DNA of 64,000 nucleotides from a bacterium (GTDB lineage Bacteria; Patescibacteriota; Minisyncoccia; UBA6257; GWB1-50-10): contig JAJYXV010000015.1 of the NCBI GenBank assembly GCA_021801565.1, positions 155,198 to 219,197 of the forward strand. The letters are read 5' to 3'. Position numbers and translations under genes: made by a program. Below, one piece after another: positions 48,095-57,930 of this stretch. Below the pieces are notes generated by a model. It was given only the letters and a program-made list of their open reading frames with translations. It searched no databases and was not told the DNA's origin. Positions within the stretch are counted from its first letter, which is position 1. Every line of letters begins with the position of its first letter.

Positions 48095-48122
48095 AATAAG
48101 AAAATAATCTTATAATAAAAAT

Positions 48123-49100
48123 ATGAAAGGAAGTAGAGAATTTTTAACCTCGAACGGAGAGCCTGAAAACCAGGAATTTGTTAAAGAAATTGAAAGGTTC
48201 CATCTCGAAAGATATGAAAAAGAACAAAGTGGAGAACTGAAGGAGTTACTAAATTCCATTAATTTTTCTGTATTGGAGAGTGAATTTTCATTGATTGCAG
48301 AAAAAAGCAGAATGGACAAAAATAAATTTAATTTTATCGGTAGGGAAAAAATTTTTAACCTTGAAAAAGATCGTCGTGAAGGACTTGGATTTAAGCGCAT
48401 TGGAATGTATGATCCTGGTGCAAATTGTCTTGCGTTTGATATTGATGGTCTGGTTTTTGCTGCGAAAGATAACAACTTTAATAAAAAAGATTTCTTTTTA
48501 TATCTTGTGTGCCACGAAGAAGCACACGCAACAGCAAAAACAGAATGTGTTGGACTTAGTGAATTCGAGAAAGAAAAAGAGGACTCAATGGTTGTTACAA
48601 CTGGATACTCAAAATATTTTATAATAAAAGACGTAAATAAAAAGGTTTATGATACCGAACTTCTAAAGCCATTTAATGAAGGTATTACCGAAAAAATAGC
48701 ACGCGAAGCACTTGACTCTTACTTTAAAAAAACTGGAATTTCAGGAGAAAATTTTAAAAAAAGATTAGAAAACGGATCCAATAGTGATAATCTATATGGT
48801 TATGAAGTTTCTTTTGTTGATACTCTTATAAAAAGAATAAGTGTCGATACTGGCGTGTTGGAAATAGATGTGTGGAATGCTTTTAAACGGGGATTTTACA
48901 ACGGTGAGGATCTGTTGGGTGATCGCGAATTACGTGAGTTTTGGAAGGGGATGTTTGGTGAAGAATTTATAAAGGACCTTACAAATAGTAAGGAGGGAAG
49001 ACATCTTTTTGCTATTCAAGAAAGAATAAAAAATTGGAAAGATCCAAGTGGGGAAAATAAACTTTCAAAATTTTTCAAAGAGTTTTTAGAAAAAAAATGA
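48123..49100 (+). CDS. Hypothetical protein, possible zincin metallopeptidase
   Basis: HEEAH followed by FNEGITE. Confidence 0.6.
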   Translation: MKGSREFLTSNGEPENQEFVKEIERFHLERYEKEQSGELKELLNSINFSVLESEFSLIAEKSRMDKNKFNFIGREKIFNLEKDRREGLGFKRIGMYDPGANCLAFDIDGLVFAAKDNNFNKKDFFLYLVCHEEAHATAKTECVGLSEFEKEKEDSMVVTTGYSKYFIIKDVNKKVYDTELLKPFNEGITEKIAREALDSYFKKTGISGENFKKRLENGSNSDNLYGYEVSFVDTLIKRISVDTGVLEIDVWNAFKRGFYNGEDLLGDRELREFWKGMFGEEFIKDLTNSKEGRHLFAIQERIKNWKDPSGENKLSKFFKEFLEKK

Positions 49101-50056
49101 TGAAAAAAATCTTTGTAACATTTTTCATTTTCATTCTAGGTCTTGTTTTTTATTGGCAGTTTTTGAGTGCGCCGGGGAACGGGGAGGATGAACGCTTTAT
49201 CGTTCCATTAGATACCGGAACGCAGGCAGTGGCGGAAAAGCTGAAAAATGAAGGGTTTATACGTAGCACCCTTGGTTTTGATATAGCGTTTCTCTTACGA
49301 GGAAATATTTCCGTCGAGTCTGGAGGATATAAAATTTCAAAAGGAATGAATATGTGGGAAATTATTTCCACACTGAAAGATGGCCCATATATGAAATGGG
49401 TGGTAATTCCGGAGGGTCTTCGGAAAGAGGAAACCGCTGATATCTTGGCTGAGACACTTAGATGGGATGAAAATGAAAAAAATGGATGGATTCAAAAAGA
49501 TACGGTGAAAAATCCCGATCTCTTTGAGGGGGTATATTTTCCCGATACTTATTTAATACCAAAAGACGAAGCACCAGAAAAAGTCGCAGAGCGAATGCAA
49601 AATAAATTTCAGGAAAAATTTGCCGAGTTTGCAAAAGAAGCGACACAGCAAAATATAAAATGGACGACACTTTTAAAAATTGCGTCAATCGTGCAGCGTG
49701 AAGCGGCGGGGAAAAGCGACATGCCGCTTATTGCGGGGATTTTATGGAATCGACTCTTAGAGGATATAAAATTGGAAGTCGATGCAACTGTGCAATATAT
49801 TCGCGGGAACACCGAAAAAGGGTGGTGGGCACCTATAAAAGTTGCGGATAAACAGATTAATTCGAAATATAATACATATAAATATAAGGGGCTCCCTCCT
49901 CATCCAATTTCAAATCCTGGAGTAAGTGCAATTCATGCGGTACTTTTTCCAGAGGAAACAAAGTGCTTGTTTTATCTCCATGACAATCAAAAACAAATTC
50001 ATTGCGCGATTACATATATTGAACATCAAAAAAACATAGAGAAATACCTCAAATAG
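49097..50056 (+). CDS. mltG: Endolytic transglycosylase MltG
   Basis: IPEG, EG..FPDTY, ASIV.RE, L..DATV.Y, YNTY...GLPP.PI.NPG. Confidence 0.93.
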   Translation: MMKKIFVTFFIFILGLVFYWQFLSAPGNGEDERFIVPLDTGTQAVAEKLKNEGFIRSTLGFDIAFLLRGNISVESGGYKISKGMNMWEIISTLKDGPYMKWVVIPEGLRKEETADILAETLRWDENEKNGWIQKDTVKNPDLFEGVYFPDTYLIPKDEAPEKVAERMQNKFQEKFAEFAKEATQQNIKWTTLLKIASIVQREAAGKSDMPLIAGILWNRLLEDIKLEVDATVQYIRGNTEKGWWAPIKVADKQINSKYNTYKYKGLPPHPISNPGVSAIHAVLFPEETKCLFYLHDNQKQIHCAITYIEHQKNIEKYLK

Positions 50057-50097
50057 CAACAAATTACTAAATAACTAATTACTAATGACAAATAATC
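50057..50097. repeat. Heptamer-type tandem repeat after mltG
   Basis: aattact aaataact aattact aatgaca aataatc. Confidence 0.6.
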
Positions 50098-50212
50098 TAG
50101 GGAACGCAATAAATAATATGCGACTCATAATGAGAGATTGACAATGGCGCAGAGAAGGAGGTATAAAGAATATCTGCACTAATTTAATAACAATAAATAA
50201 AGGAGAATCGTT

Positions 50213-50377
50213 ATGGCAAAATGTTGTCGCGACGAAGGAAGGAAAAGATTAAAAAGAGTGGTGAGTCTTACAAAAGATGGATCTGTTCAGGGTATAAACC
50301 ATAGAACTATTCGTCTCACAAAAGCCTTTAATAAATATTTTTTTCAAAATAGAATGAATTTTGCATGTAGATATTAA
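50213..50377 (+). CDS. Small basic orphan protein (54 aa; not in ORF track)
   Basis: AAGGAG then ATG; MAKCCRDEGRKRLK...ACRY*; TTGACA at 50138. Confidence 0.5.
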   Translation: MAKCCRDEGRKRLKRVVSLTKDGSVQGINHRTIRLTKAFNKYFFQNRMNFACRY

Positions 50378-50393
50378 AAAGGAGAAGATATTT

Positions 50394-50627
50394 ATGGCAA
50401 AGAAAGCGGAAGTGGTACGAATAGTTTTAGAAAAAGGTAGAGTGATAGAGGTAAAAAGGACCGAAACTCACGCTACTATTGTTTTGAAAGATGCGGGAAG
50501 TTCTAAGTCAGAAATATTTTCTGCGAAGCATGGTACGACTGTTGAGGTAAGTGAAAATAAAGGAAATGTTTCCGTTACGCTTCGACCGTCGAGGGGAAAG
50601 ACAAAGATGGAAATGATGAAATTTTAA
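50394..50627 (+). CDS. Small basic orphan protein
   Basis: AAGGAG upstream of ATG 50394; terminator-like hairpin about 50640-50665. Confidence 0.55.
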   Translation: MAKKAEVVRIVLEKGRVIEVKRTETHATIVLKDAGSSKSEIFSAKHGTTVEVSENKGNVSVTLRPSRGKTKMEMMKF

Positions 50628-50696
50628 TAATTAATCTAAAAAGCCCAATATGATAGGGCTTTTTCTTTATTTCCAATTTCCGAGTACAATAGAGAT

Positions 50697-51698
50697 ATGG
50701 ATGTTCTCACATTAGGAACGATTACACGGGATGTATTTATTCAAAGTCCTCTTTTTAAGGTTTTAAAAGACAAAAATTACCTTGAAAATCTTGGGTTTAA
50801 AACGGGAGAAGTAGAATGTTTTGCCTTGGGTTCAAAGATTCAAATTAACCGCCCCGTCTTTTCAGGTGGGGGAGGAGCACATAACGCAGCCATCACATTT
50901 GCCCGACAGGGGTTAAAAACGGGAATTGCCGGGCTCGTTGGAGATGATGTTGCAGGAAAGGAAATTTTGAAATTATTAAGATCTGAAAAAATACGGCCAT
51001 TTGTAAAAAAGAGCGAAAAAATTGGTACTGGATACTCAATTATCCTTATGGCCGAAGGAGGGGAACGGACAATCCTCACTTATCGTGGAGCGTCCAATTC
51101 TTTCCAAAAAAAAGATATTCCTATTTCTTCAATTCATCCAAAGTGGATTTACGTTTCTCCCGGGGAAATTTCATTTTCCACACTTTTTCCTATTCTTTCT
51201 GTATTTAAAAAAAGAAACACAAAAATAGCCATCAATCCATCTCGTTTTTATCTTGATATGAAGAAATCCGATCTTTTTAAGATTTTTAAACTTTCCAACG
51301 TAGTCATTATGAATCGTGAAGAAGCATCTTATTTTACCGATATGAAATATACTGATGAGCGCGGGATATTTAGAAGATTTGACGAGTTAATAGATGGAAT
51401 TGCCGTAGTCACTGATGGACGACGTGGTGCAATTGTGTCTGACGGTTCGTATATGTATCGCGCTGGGATTTTTGAAGAAAAGGCAATGGTAGATAGAACT
51501 GGGGCAGGAGATGCATTTGGTTCCGGATTTATTGCTGGTCTTATTGAAAAAAATGATGTTCATTTTGCGCTCCGTCTTGCCGCGGCAAACGCTACATCGG
51601 TTGTGGAACGCATCGGTGCGACCGAAGGAATTCTTACAAAAAAGGATTTTTTAAAAAAGCGTTGGGGATTCCTTAATTTGGATGTGGAGAACGTCTAA
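50697..51698 (+). CDS. PfkB family carbohydrate kinase
   Basis: GGGAHNAA, N.EEA, DRTGAGDAFGSG. Confidence 0.92.
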   Translation: MDVLTLGTITRDVFIQSPLFKVLKDKNYLENLGFKTGEVECFALGSKIQINRPVFSGGGGAHNAAITFARQGLKTGIAGLVGDDVAGKEILKLLRSEKIRPFVKKSEKIGTGYSIILMAEGGERTILTYRGASNSFQKKDIPISSIHPKWIYVSPGEISFSTLFPILSVFKKRNTKIAINPSRFYLDMKKSDLFKIFKLSNVVIMNREEASYFTDMKYTDERGIFRRFDELIDGIAVVTDGRRGAIVSDGSYMYRAGIFEEKAMVDRTGAGDAFGSGFIAGLIEKNDVHFALRLAAANATSVVERIGATEGILTKKDFLKKRWGFLNLDVENV

Positions 51699-51706
51699 GA
51701 CACTTA

Positions 51707-51770
51707 CCCCGTTAGAAATAACATTGTTTTTGTTATGGAAAAATCACGCACTCAAAAATTTCTAACGGGG
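51707..51770. repeat. Inverted-repeat element (CCCCGTTAGAAA subtype) overlapping the next gene's start
   Basis: ccccgttagaaat / atttctaacgggg; preceded by ctta (CTTAC with the first C). Confidence 0.85.
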
Positions 51771-53438
51771 TTTTTTTCACTTCTTGTATTCGCAATATTT
51801 TTTCTTGCGGTTTTTTTATTTTCGCTTCACCCAATTCGTGAATCTGATACTGGATTTATCATACGAACAGGGGAGTATATATGGAACACGGGGTTAATAC
51901 CCCACGCGGATATTTTTTCATTTACTGCGCCGAATGCTCCGTGGATTGCCCACTATTGGTTGCCAGGACTTCTCTTTTTCTTTTTTTATTCCTTATTTGG
52001 GGTGTGGGGAATTATTTTGTTTGTCGGGTGCATTGCATTTTTGACTTTCTTTGTTATTTTCAAAACCGCAGGTCTCTTTACTCATACGCTGTGGATTCCG
52101 TTTATTTTTTTCTTTTTTTTCTTTTCCCTTACGTTTGATTTATGGTCAGCACGTCCGCAGATTTTTTCGTATTTATTTGCTTCAATTCTCCTCTATATTA
52201 TTTTTTCATTCAAAAAAAATCGAGTGTTTAAAAAACTTCTTTTTTTTCCTCCCCTCCTGTTTTTATGGGCGAATATGCATGCGGGGGTTGTATTTGGTAT
52301 TGCCCTTCTTCTTATTTTTTTGATATCAGAAATTATTCGAGAGTGGCGTTTTTATAATAAGGAATTGTTGCATAAGGGACTTGTAGTTTTTTCTTCAATT
52401 TTTATTACACTTTTAAATCCAAACGGATTTTCTCTTCTCACTTATTCACAAAGTATCGCACCCACAGCGAAAGAACTTGGAGTGATGGAGTGGTTTTCAA
52501 TTTTCGATCGTTTTTCAACATGGCAAGCAAAAACATTTTTTCTTTTCATGTGCATTTCCGCGTTATTTGTGCTGTGGAATATTGTAAAAAGAAAAAAACA
52601 ATTTTTCCGCAATGATTTTTTTGAAATTGGACTCGTATTATTCGTGTTTATTCTTCCGCTTGTTTCTGTTCGTCATATTATTTTTTTTCCTATTGCTGTA
52701 TTTCCTTTATTTCTTTGGACACTCGAGTGGCATCATGAAAAAGAAATAATTCGAATAGAGAAGTTTCTTCAGAGTTCTTTTTCGATTCCACTTTTTTTTA
52801 TTCTCCTTCTTCTTGTCGTTGCGGGTGGGATATCATTGAAACGCAATATTGCATTTGGTGCCGTAGATGGTCGTGTACTTCCAGTTGGAGCGGTTGATTT
52901 TATTATTCGTGAAAATATATCAGGACCGTTTTTTAACCTTGAAAATGGAGGATATCTCATTTGGAAACTTTGGCCAAAGGAAAAAGTATTTCTTGATGGA
53001 CGAAATGAGGTGTATAAAGGACTTCCGACAAAAGAATATATTTCTGTAGCCCGACAGGAGGGAGATTGGAAAAAAATAATAGACGAAAAGTATCATATAA
53101 ATGGGATGATTCTTTGGTATCGTCCACCTCTTGATATATTCGCGAATAATCTCGTTGTGCGTCTTTTACAGGAAAATGAATTCACACTCGTATATTGGGA
53201 CGATGCGGCAATTATACTTCTCCGAAATAATGAGATGAATAGGAATATAATTGTAAGATTTGGGTATTCAATAATAAACCCATTTCGTAATCCCACCACT
53301 ATTACTGCTAAGAATATGGATGTCGCTTTACATGAGATAAAACGTGCGCGAATGATTGCTTCGCAATCAGCTGTACTTGAGGAATATGAATATATTCTTA
53401 TTCATCGCGCACTAACCACAAAAAAACTGTTACAATAA
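51735..53438 (+). CDS. Polytopic membrane protein, possible GT-C fold glycosyltransferase
   Basis: D....I..G..I....IP..D.FSFT, RPQ, LWANMH.G, LLNP.G, GGYLIW, F.DGR. Confidence 0.65.
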   Translation: MEKSRTQKFLTGFFSLLVFAIFFLAVFLFSLHPIRESDTGFIIRTGEYIWNTGLIPHADIFSFTAPNAPWIAHYWLPGLLFFFFYSLFGVWGIILFVGCIAFLTFFVIFKTAGLFTHTLWIPFIFFFFFFSLTFDLWSARPQIFSYLFASILLYIIFSFKKNRVFKKLLFFPPLLFLWANMHAGVVFGIALLLIFLISEIIREWRFYNKELLHKGLVVFSSIFITLLNPNGFSLLTYSQSIAPTAKELGVMEWFSIFDRFSTWQAKTFFLFMCISALFVLWNIVKRKKQFFRNDFFEIGLVLFVFILPLVSVRHIIFFPIAVFPLFLWTLEWHHEKEIIRIEKFLQSSFSIPLFFILLLLVVAGGISLKRNIAFGAVDGRVLPVGAVDFIIRENISGPFFNLENGGYLIWKLWPKEKVFLDGRNEVYKGLPTKEYISVARQEGDWKKIIDEKYHINGMILWYRPPLDIFANNLVVRLLQENEFTLVYWDDAAIILLRNNEMNRNIIVRFGYSIINPFRNPTTITAKNMDVALHEIKRARMIASQSAVLEEYEYILIHRALTTKKLLQ

Positions 53439-53444
53439 ATAGAT

Positions 53445-54713
53445 ATGGATAACGCAATTGTGCATATCGCAAAAATACTAAGATGCGACCAGGATTATCT
53501 CTATAAAATTGATAAGCATTTTTCCCAAGTGACGGGGAAAAAACACATATTTGACATCATTTTCAATGAAAACGAGTCTGTGGTTGAGGATAGAATGCGC
53601 CGACTTGGTCTTTCGATGCACGCAAGTGCGAAAAACGTGTATGATGCACTTATATCAAAAGTTGAGTCAGATGATCATGCGCTTTATGAGGCACTCGGAA
53701 GACCTTCTTGGGTTTCACAAAAGGGGTGCGAACTGATAGTGAATGTCGCAAAACAAACGGTAAAAAATTCAGGCGCACCAACACGCGGATTTTTTCTTAA
53801 AAAAAAGAAAGCAGAAGAGTTTTTAAGACGTGAACCGCCACGAAAGATACTCGCATATTTGGGATATGCCTCTGTTGAAAAAATGCTTGAGAAAGAAGAT
53901 TTATTTGAAATATTTTGTGCGCTTCGATTTGTAGAAGGAAGCGAGTGGCTCAACAAAAAGTTTTTTAATTTATACACCGAGTTAACGCCGAAAGATTTTG
54001 AAGAGCGTGAGATTGAAGTGAGAGCGCTTTCACAAAAATGGAATAATGTGGCACAGGTATTTGTGATGAAAAAATGGCATAATATTAGTCATTTGAAGGA
54101 ACTGGGAGTGGTGTTTGTAATTCCAATTTCATTAGAAATCCCAGGGGAGTTGTTGCGTATGATGAGTTTGGTGCTTCACTATTTGCATGAGGTACCATTT
54201 TACTCTGATATGTTCCGGATGATAAGCGGGGATATAAAAACATTCTCAAAAAATCTCATTTCTCTTCTTCGCGGCGATGTAGCTGAAGAACATTTTTTTG
54301 AGGGAGAAAAAACGCTTTGGCTTGTTGTGCAACGTTATTTAGCAAAAGATGATGAAAATGAATGGCGGCTATTTGTTCCGCGTATAAATCCAGAAGCACT
54401 TCATTGGGCGCGCGCGTCCTCGGATCTTGCTCGAATTGGCAAGGTAGCACAACTTGAAGGAAGCGGGCTTTCCTTTTGGGATGGTCTTGATTGGGTAGGT
54501 GATTATTTCAAAGATGATGTGGGAGATGATGTACTTGTAAGTTTTAATGTGGTGGATACCGTGATGTCACTTGTTAAAAAAAAGGAATTTATAAAATATC
54601 TCTATCATCACCAAGAGGCCTTGTGGAATAAAATTTTTGAAAAATATTTCAGCGAGAGATTACTTGAAAAAGCAATGAAAAAACATCTTTTGAGAGGGTA
54701 TTTTGAGATTTAA
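53445..54713 (+). CDS. Conserved hypothetical protein
   Basis: Long ORF with HNISHLKELG, HYLHE and KYLYHHQEALWN motifs. Confidence 0.7.
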   Translation: MDNAIVHIAKILRCDQDYLYKIDKHFSQVTGKKHIFDIIFNENESVVEDRMRRLGLSMHASAKNVYDALISKVESDDHALYEALGRPSWVSQKGCELIVNVAKQTVKNSGAPTRGFFLKKKKAEEFLRREPPRKILAYLGYASVEKMLEKEDLFEIFCALRFVEGSEWLNKKFFNLYTELTPKDFEEREIEVRALSQKWNNVAQVFVMKKWHNISHLKELGVVFVIPISLEIPGELLRMMSLVLHYLHEVPFYSDMFRMISGDIKTFSKNLISLLRGDVAEEHFFEGEKTLWLVVQRYLAKDDENEWRLFVPRINPEALHWARASSDLARIGKVAQLEGSGLSFWDGLDWVGDYFKDDVGDDVLVSFNVVDTVMSLVKKKEFIKYLYHHQEALWNKIFEKYFSERLLEKAMKKHLLRGYFEI

Positions 54714-54722
54714 CTTTTTACT

Positions 54723-55112
54723 ATGGGATTTTTATTTGTGTTGATTTCGGGGATGATTATTGGGTGGGCATTAGAATTTTTTTATAAACTTTTTGACCAA
54801 GGAAAAATTATTTTCCCGAAATTTATAAACGTGCAGATGTATATATATACCTCTCTCTTTTCGTATCTACTTTTTTCTTATGATTTTTCAGTGATTTTTG
54901 TTATTTTCTCCCTTTTTGTATTTACCTCAGGAATTGAATTTATTATTGGGTATTTATGTCTCAAAATTAGGGGATATATTCCGTGGGATTATTTAAAATA
55001 TAGGCTCAACTATAGGGGAATTATTTGTCTCAAATTTTCTTTTTATTGGCTTATTATTGCTTTCATATATTATTATCTCATTTTGCCAAGCATTGTTTCT
55101 TTGTCATTTTAG
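54723..55112 (+). CDS. DUF1113 / putative ABC permease-like membrane protein
   Basis: GW.LE, E...G, WDY...N..G.IC..FS..W. Confidence 0.7.
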   Translation: MGFLFVLISGMIIGWALEFFYKLFDQGKIIFPKFINVQMYIYTSLFSYLLFSYDFSVIFVIFSLFVFTSGIEFIIGYLCLKIRGYIPWDYLKYRLNYRGIICLKFSFYWLIIAFIYYYLILPSIVSLSF

Positions 55113-55148
55113 GTCGCTATTCAAAATTTTAAGAGTTATACTAAACGT

Positions 55149-56048
55149 ATGAAGTTGCTAAAAGAATTAATTCGGGAGGCAGAGGAGAAAAAAATTGCGA
55201 TTGGGCATTTTAATATTGGAAACCTTGAACAATTGAAAGCAATTGCACACGTTGGCGGGAGGTTGCATGTTCCGATAATCATTGGCGTATCGGAAGGGGA
55301 GCGTGCATATCTTGGTGTCCATCACGTGGTTGATTTTGTAAAAAGTTATAACAAAGAACATGCGGTGGAAGGAGGGTTTTGTTTATTTTTAAATGCCGAC
55401 CACACACATTCAGTAGAAAAAATAAAAGAAGCGGTTGAGGCAGGATTTGATGCAGTGCTTTTTGATGGGGGAAAATACTCTCTCGAAGAAAATATACAAA
55501 AAACCAAAGAAGCGGTCGATGTTGCGAAATCAATGAATCCGAATGTAATTGTTGAGGGCGAACTTGGGTATATTGGTTCTTCATCGGAGATTCTTTCCGG
55601 AGTTCCCACTGGTGCCGCTATTCGTTCTGAGGATCTTACAAAATCAGAAGATGCTCTAAGATTCGTAAAAGAAACGGGTGTAGATTTATTGGCACCTGCA
55701 GTAGGAAACATACACGGAATGCTTGCCCGACCAAGCGAGAGCGGGGGCGGGTTTGAAAATCCGCGTATTGATATTCAAAGGATAAAAGAAATTCGTGAGA
55801 TTACTGGGGTGCCATTGGTGCTTCATGGAGGATCGGGGATAGTGGACGAAGATTTTATAGCAGCGATTAATGCGGGAATTTCGATTATTCATATTTCGAC
55901 TGAACTTCGTTATATTTGGAGAAAAAAACTTGAAGAAGCGCTCCGCGAGAATCCATTAGAGATTGCACCATATAAAGTGATGCCAGAAGTGATTAAAGCA
56001 ATTGAGGAAGTGGTAGAAAAGAGGGTAAAACTTTTTTCAAAAATTTAG
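55149..56048 (+). CDS. fba: Class II fructose-bisphosphate aldolase
   Basis: DH, VEGELG.IG, AVGNIHG, LVLHGGSG. Confidence 0.93.
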   Translation: MKLLKELIREAEEKKIAIGHFNIGNLEQLKAIAHVGGRLHVPIIIGVSEGERAYLGVHHVVDFVKSYNKEHAVEGGFCLFLNADHTHSVEKIKEAVEAGFDAVLFDGGKYSLEENIQKTKEAVDVAKSMNPNVIVEGELGYIGSSSEILSGVPTGAAIRSEDLTKSEDALRFVKETGVDLLAPAVGNIHGMLARPSESGGGFENPRIDIQRIKEIREITGVPLVLHGGSGIVDEDFIAAINAGISIIHISTELRYIWRKKLEEALRENPLEIAPYKVMPEVIKAIEEVVEKRVKLFSKI

Positions 56049-56067
56049 CATATTAGCTTTTTCTTTA

Positions 56068-56167
56068 CCCCGTTAGAAATAGTAGAATGTTTCACGACTT
56101 GCTGTGGGGATGAATGCCAGTGATTTTTATGAATATAAAGTTTAATTAGTGTGGATTTCTGACGGGG
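56068..56167. repeat. Inverted-repeat element (CCCCGTTAGAAA subtype) flanked by TTTAC direct repeats
   Basis: tttac-cccgttagaaat...atttctgacgggg-tttaca. Confidence 0.85.
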
Positions 56168-56257
56168 TTTACATCTATCTCATTTGGGGGTATACCATTA
56201 ATACCAAGAAACACTTGGTGTTAATGGTATTTTAATAACATCATAAGGAGGTTTGTC

Positions 56258-57085
56258 ATGACGAGCACGAAACAACTTGTCGAAGACGAGCAGAAAAAAA
56301 ACAAAGAGCTTTGGGGGAAGCTTAAAATATCACAATCTCACATTGATTTTAGAAATAAGATTGATGATTTTGTAAGGCGGATAAAAGAGAAATTCCATTC
56401 AAATGGAGAAAAAACAAAAGTTTCACTTGGAATCTTTAGGTCGCTACAACTTTTGATAGAAGAGAAAGATCTTTTCGCCGCATATCATATTTTTTCTCGA
56501 TCTATTGCCGGATTATTGAGAGAGCAGGCAGAACGGGAAATCGGATATAAATTTCATCGTTTTCGAGGTATGGATGATTATGTCTATGACTATTCACGGT
56601 CTCGCGGATTTTTTGAAACATACCCGATTTTTATTTCCCAAGATTTTACTGACCACAATTTCCAATATTTTGAACCGGTGTATATTGACAAGGTTATACC
56701 CTTCACAACGAGAATGTCCCTTGTTGGTATGGAGTGTGAAGAGGATGCGCTTCATTTTTTTCTCAGTAATAATGTACTACCAAATCAATATGTTGTGTTT
56801 GTGTGTGTGGATCCATTTTGGTTGACGCATAGCAGAACTCTTGAGGGAATTCGAGAAAGATTGGAGGACGAGCGATTTATGTATGTGGACGAAATTCCAC
56901 AGTTCTATGTAAAATTTAAAGAGAAACTCCGCTCGGATTGCCAGTATGTTTTTGCTGGGGTCCTTTCCCCAACATCTAGATTTCCTGTTCTTATTATTGA
57001 AGACGGAAAACCGAAAGTAGTTAATGGAATAGTACCTGAATTAGAAACAATTTTTCCTGTTGCAGGAAAAACACAGATGAAATAA
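56258..57085 (+). CDS. Orphan hypothetical protein
   Basis: 275-aa ORF with TAAGGAGG 6 nt upstream; own terminator at 57089-57118. Confidence 0.75.
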   Translation: MTSTKQLVEDEQKKNKELWGKLKISQSHIDFRNKIDDFVRRIKEKFHSNGEKTKVSLGIFRSLQLLIEEKDLFAAYHIFSRSIAGLLREQAEREIGYKFHRFRGMDDYVYDYSRSRGFFETYPIFISQDFTDHNFQYFEPVYIDKVIPFTTRMSLVGMECEEDALHFFLSNNVLPNQYVVFVCVDPFWLTHSRTLEGIRERLEDERFMYVDEIPQFYVKFKEKLRSDCQYVFAGVLSPTSRFPVLIIEDGKPKVVNGIVPELETIFPVAGKTQMK

Positions 57086-57159
57086 TTTAAATCCCCGTAC
57101 ATACGGGGATTTTGTTTTAACTTGTCGTATAATCATTTTTCGTGTTTAATGAGTTGGTT

Positions 57160-57897
57160 ATGGAAGAAGTAAAGATAAATAAAATCATTTTAGAAGTGCG
57201 TGCGGGAACCGGTGGCGACGAAGCGTCTCTTTTCGCCGGTGATTTAGCGCGTATGTATCAACGGTATGCAGGAAAACGCGGATGGGGATTTTCAGTGCTT
57301 GATGCGAGCGAGAGTGGGGCGAAAGGATATAAAACACTTGTTGCTGAAGTAAAAGGAGAGGGAGTATATGATGCTCTAAAACAGGAATCTGGAGTTCATC
57401 GTGTGCAACGCGTGCCGGTGACTGAACGACAAGGGAGAATACACACTTCGACTGCGTCGGTGGCGGTATTGCCGATTGTTGAGGCAAAAATGGTAGAAGT
57501 GAAAGATAACGATCTTGAGGTGACATTTTCGCGCGGCGGTGGTCCTGGAGGACAAAATGTAAATAAGGTTGAGACGGCGGTGCGTATTTTGCATAAACCT
57601 ACAGGATTGGTGGTTTCTTCTCGCGAGGAGCGAAGTCAACATGCAAATCGTGAAAAAGCAATGGAAGTACTTCGTGCAAAACTTTTTGAAATACAAAAGG
57701 AACAATCAGTGGGATCGGTGGACCAAATTCGCCGCGATCAGATTGGTTCCGCAGACCGTTCAGAAAAAATACGCACTTATAATTTTCCCGAAGATCGGAT
57801 TACCGATCATCGTATTGGGAAAAAGTTTTCAAATATTGAAAAAGTATTGGAAGGAAGTATGGAGAAAATTGTGGAGGCATTTCAGGAAAATAAATAG
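57160..57897 (+). CDS. prfA: Peptide chain release factor 1, short form lacking N-terminal domain 1
   Basis: [20 protein letters not shown] (PxT), [16 protein letters not shown]. Confidence 0.9.
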   Translation: MEEVKINKIILEVRAGTGGDEASLFAGDLARMYQRYAGKRGWGFSVLDASESGAKGYKTLVAEVKGEGVYDALKQESGVHRVQRVPVTERQGRIHTSTASVAVLPIVEAKMVEVKDNDLEVTFSRGGGPGGQNVNKVETAVRILHKPTGLVVSSREERSQHANREKAMEVLRAKLFEIQKEQSVGSVDQIRRDQIGSADRSEKIRTYNFPEDRITDHRIGKKFSNIEKVLEGSMEKIVEAFQENK

Positions 57898-57930
57898 AAT
57901 AAACCCCACAACTCGTGGGGTTTATTCTAT
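57894..57930. terminator. Bidirectional terminator between convergent genes
   Basis: agaataaaccccac-aactc-gtggggtttattct. Confidence 0.75.
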
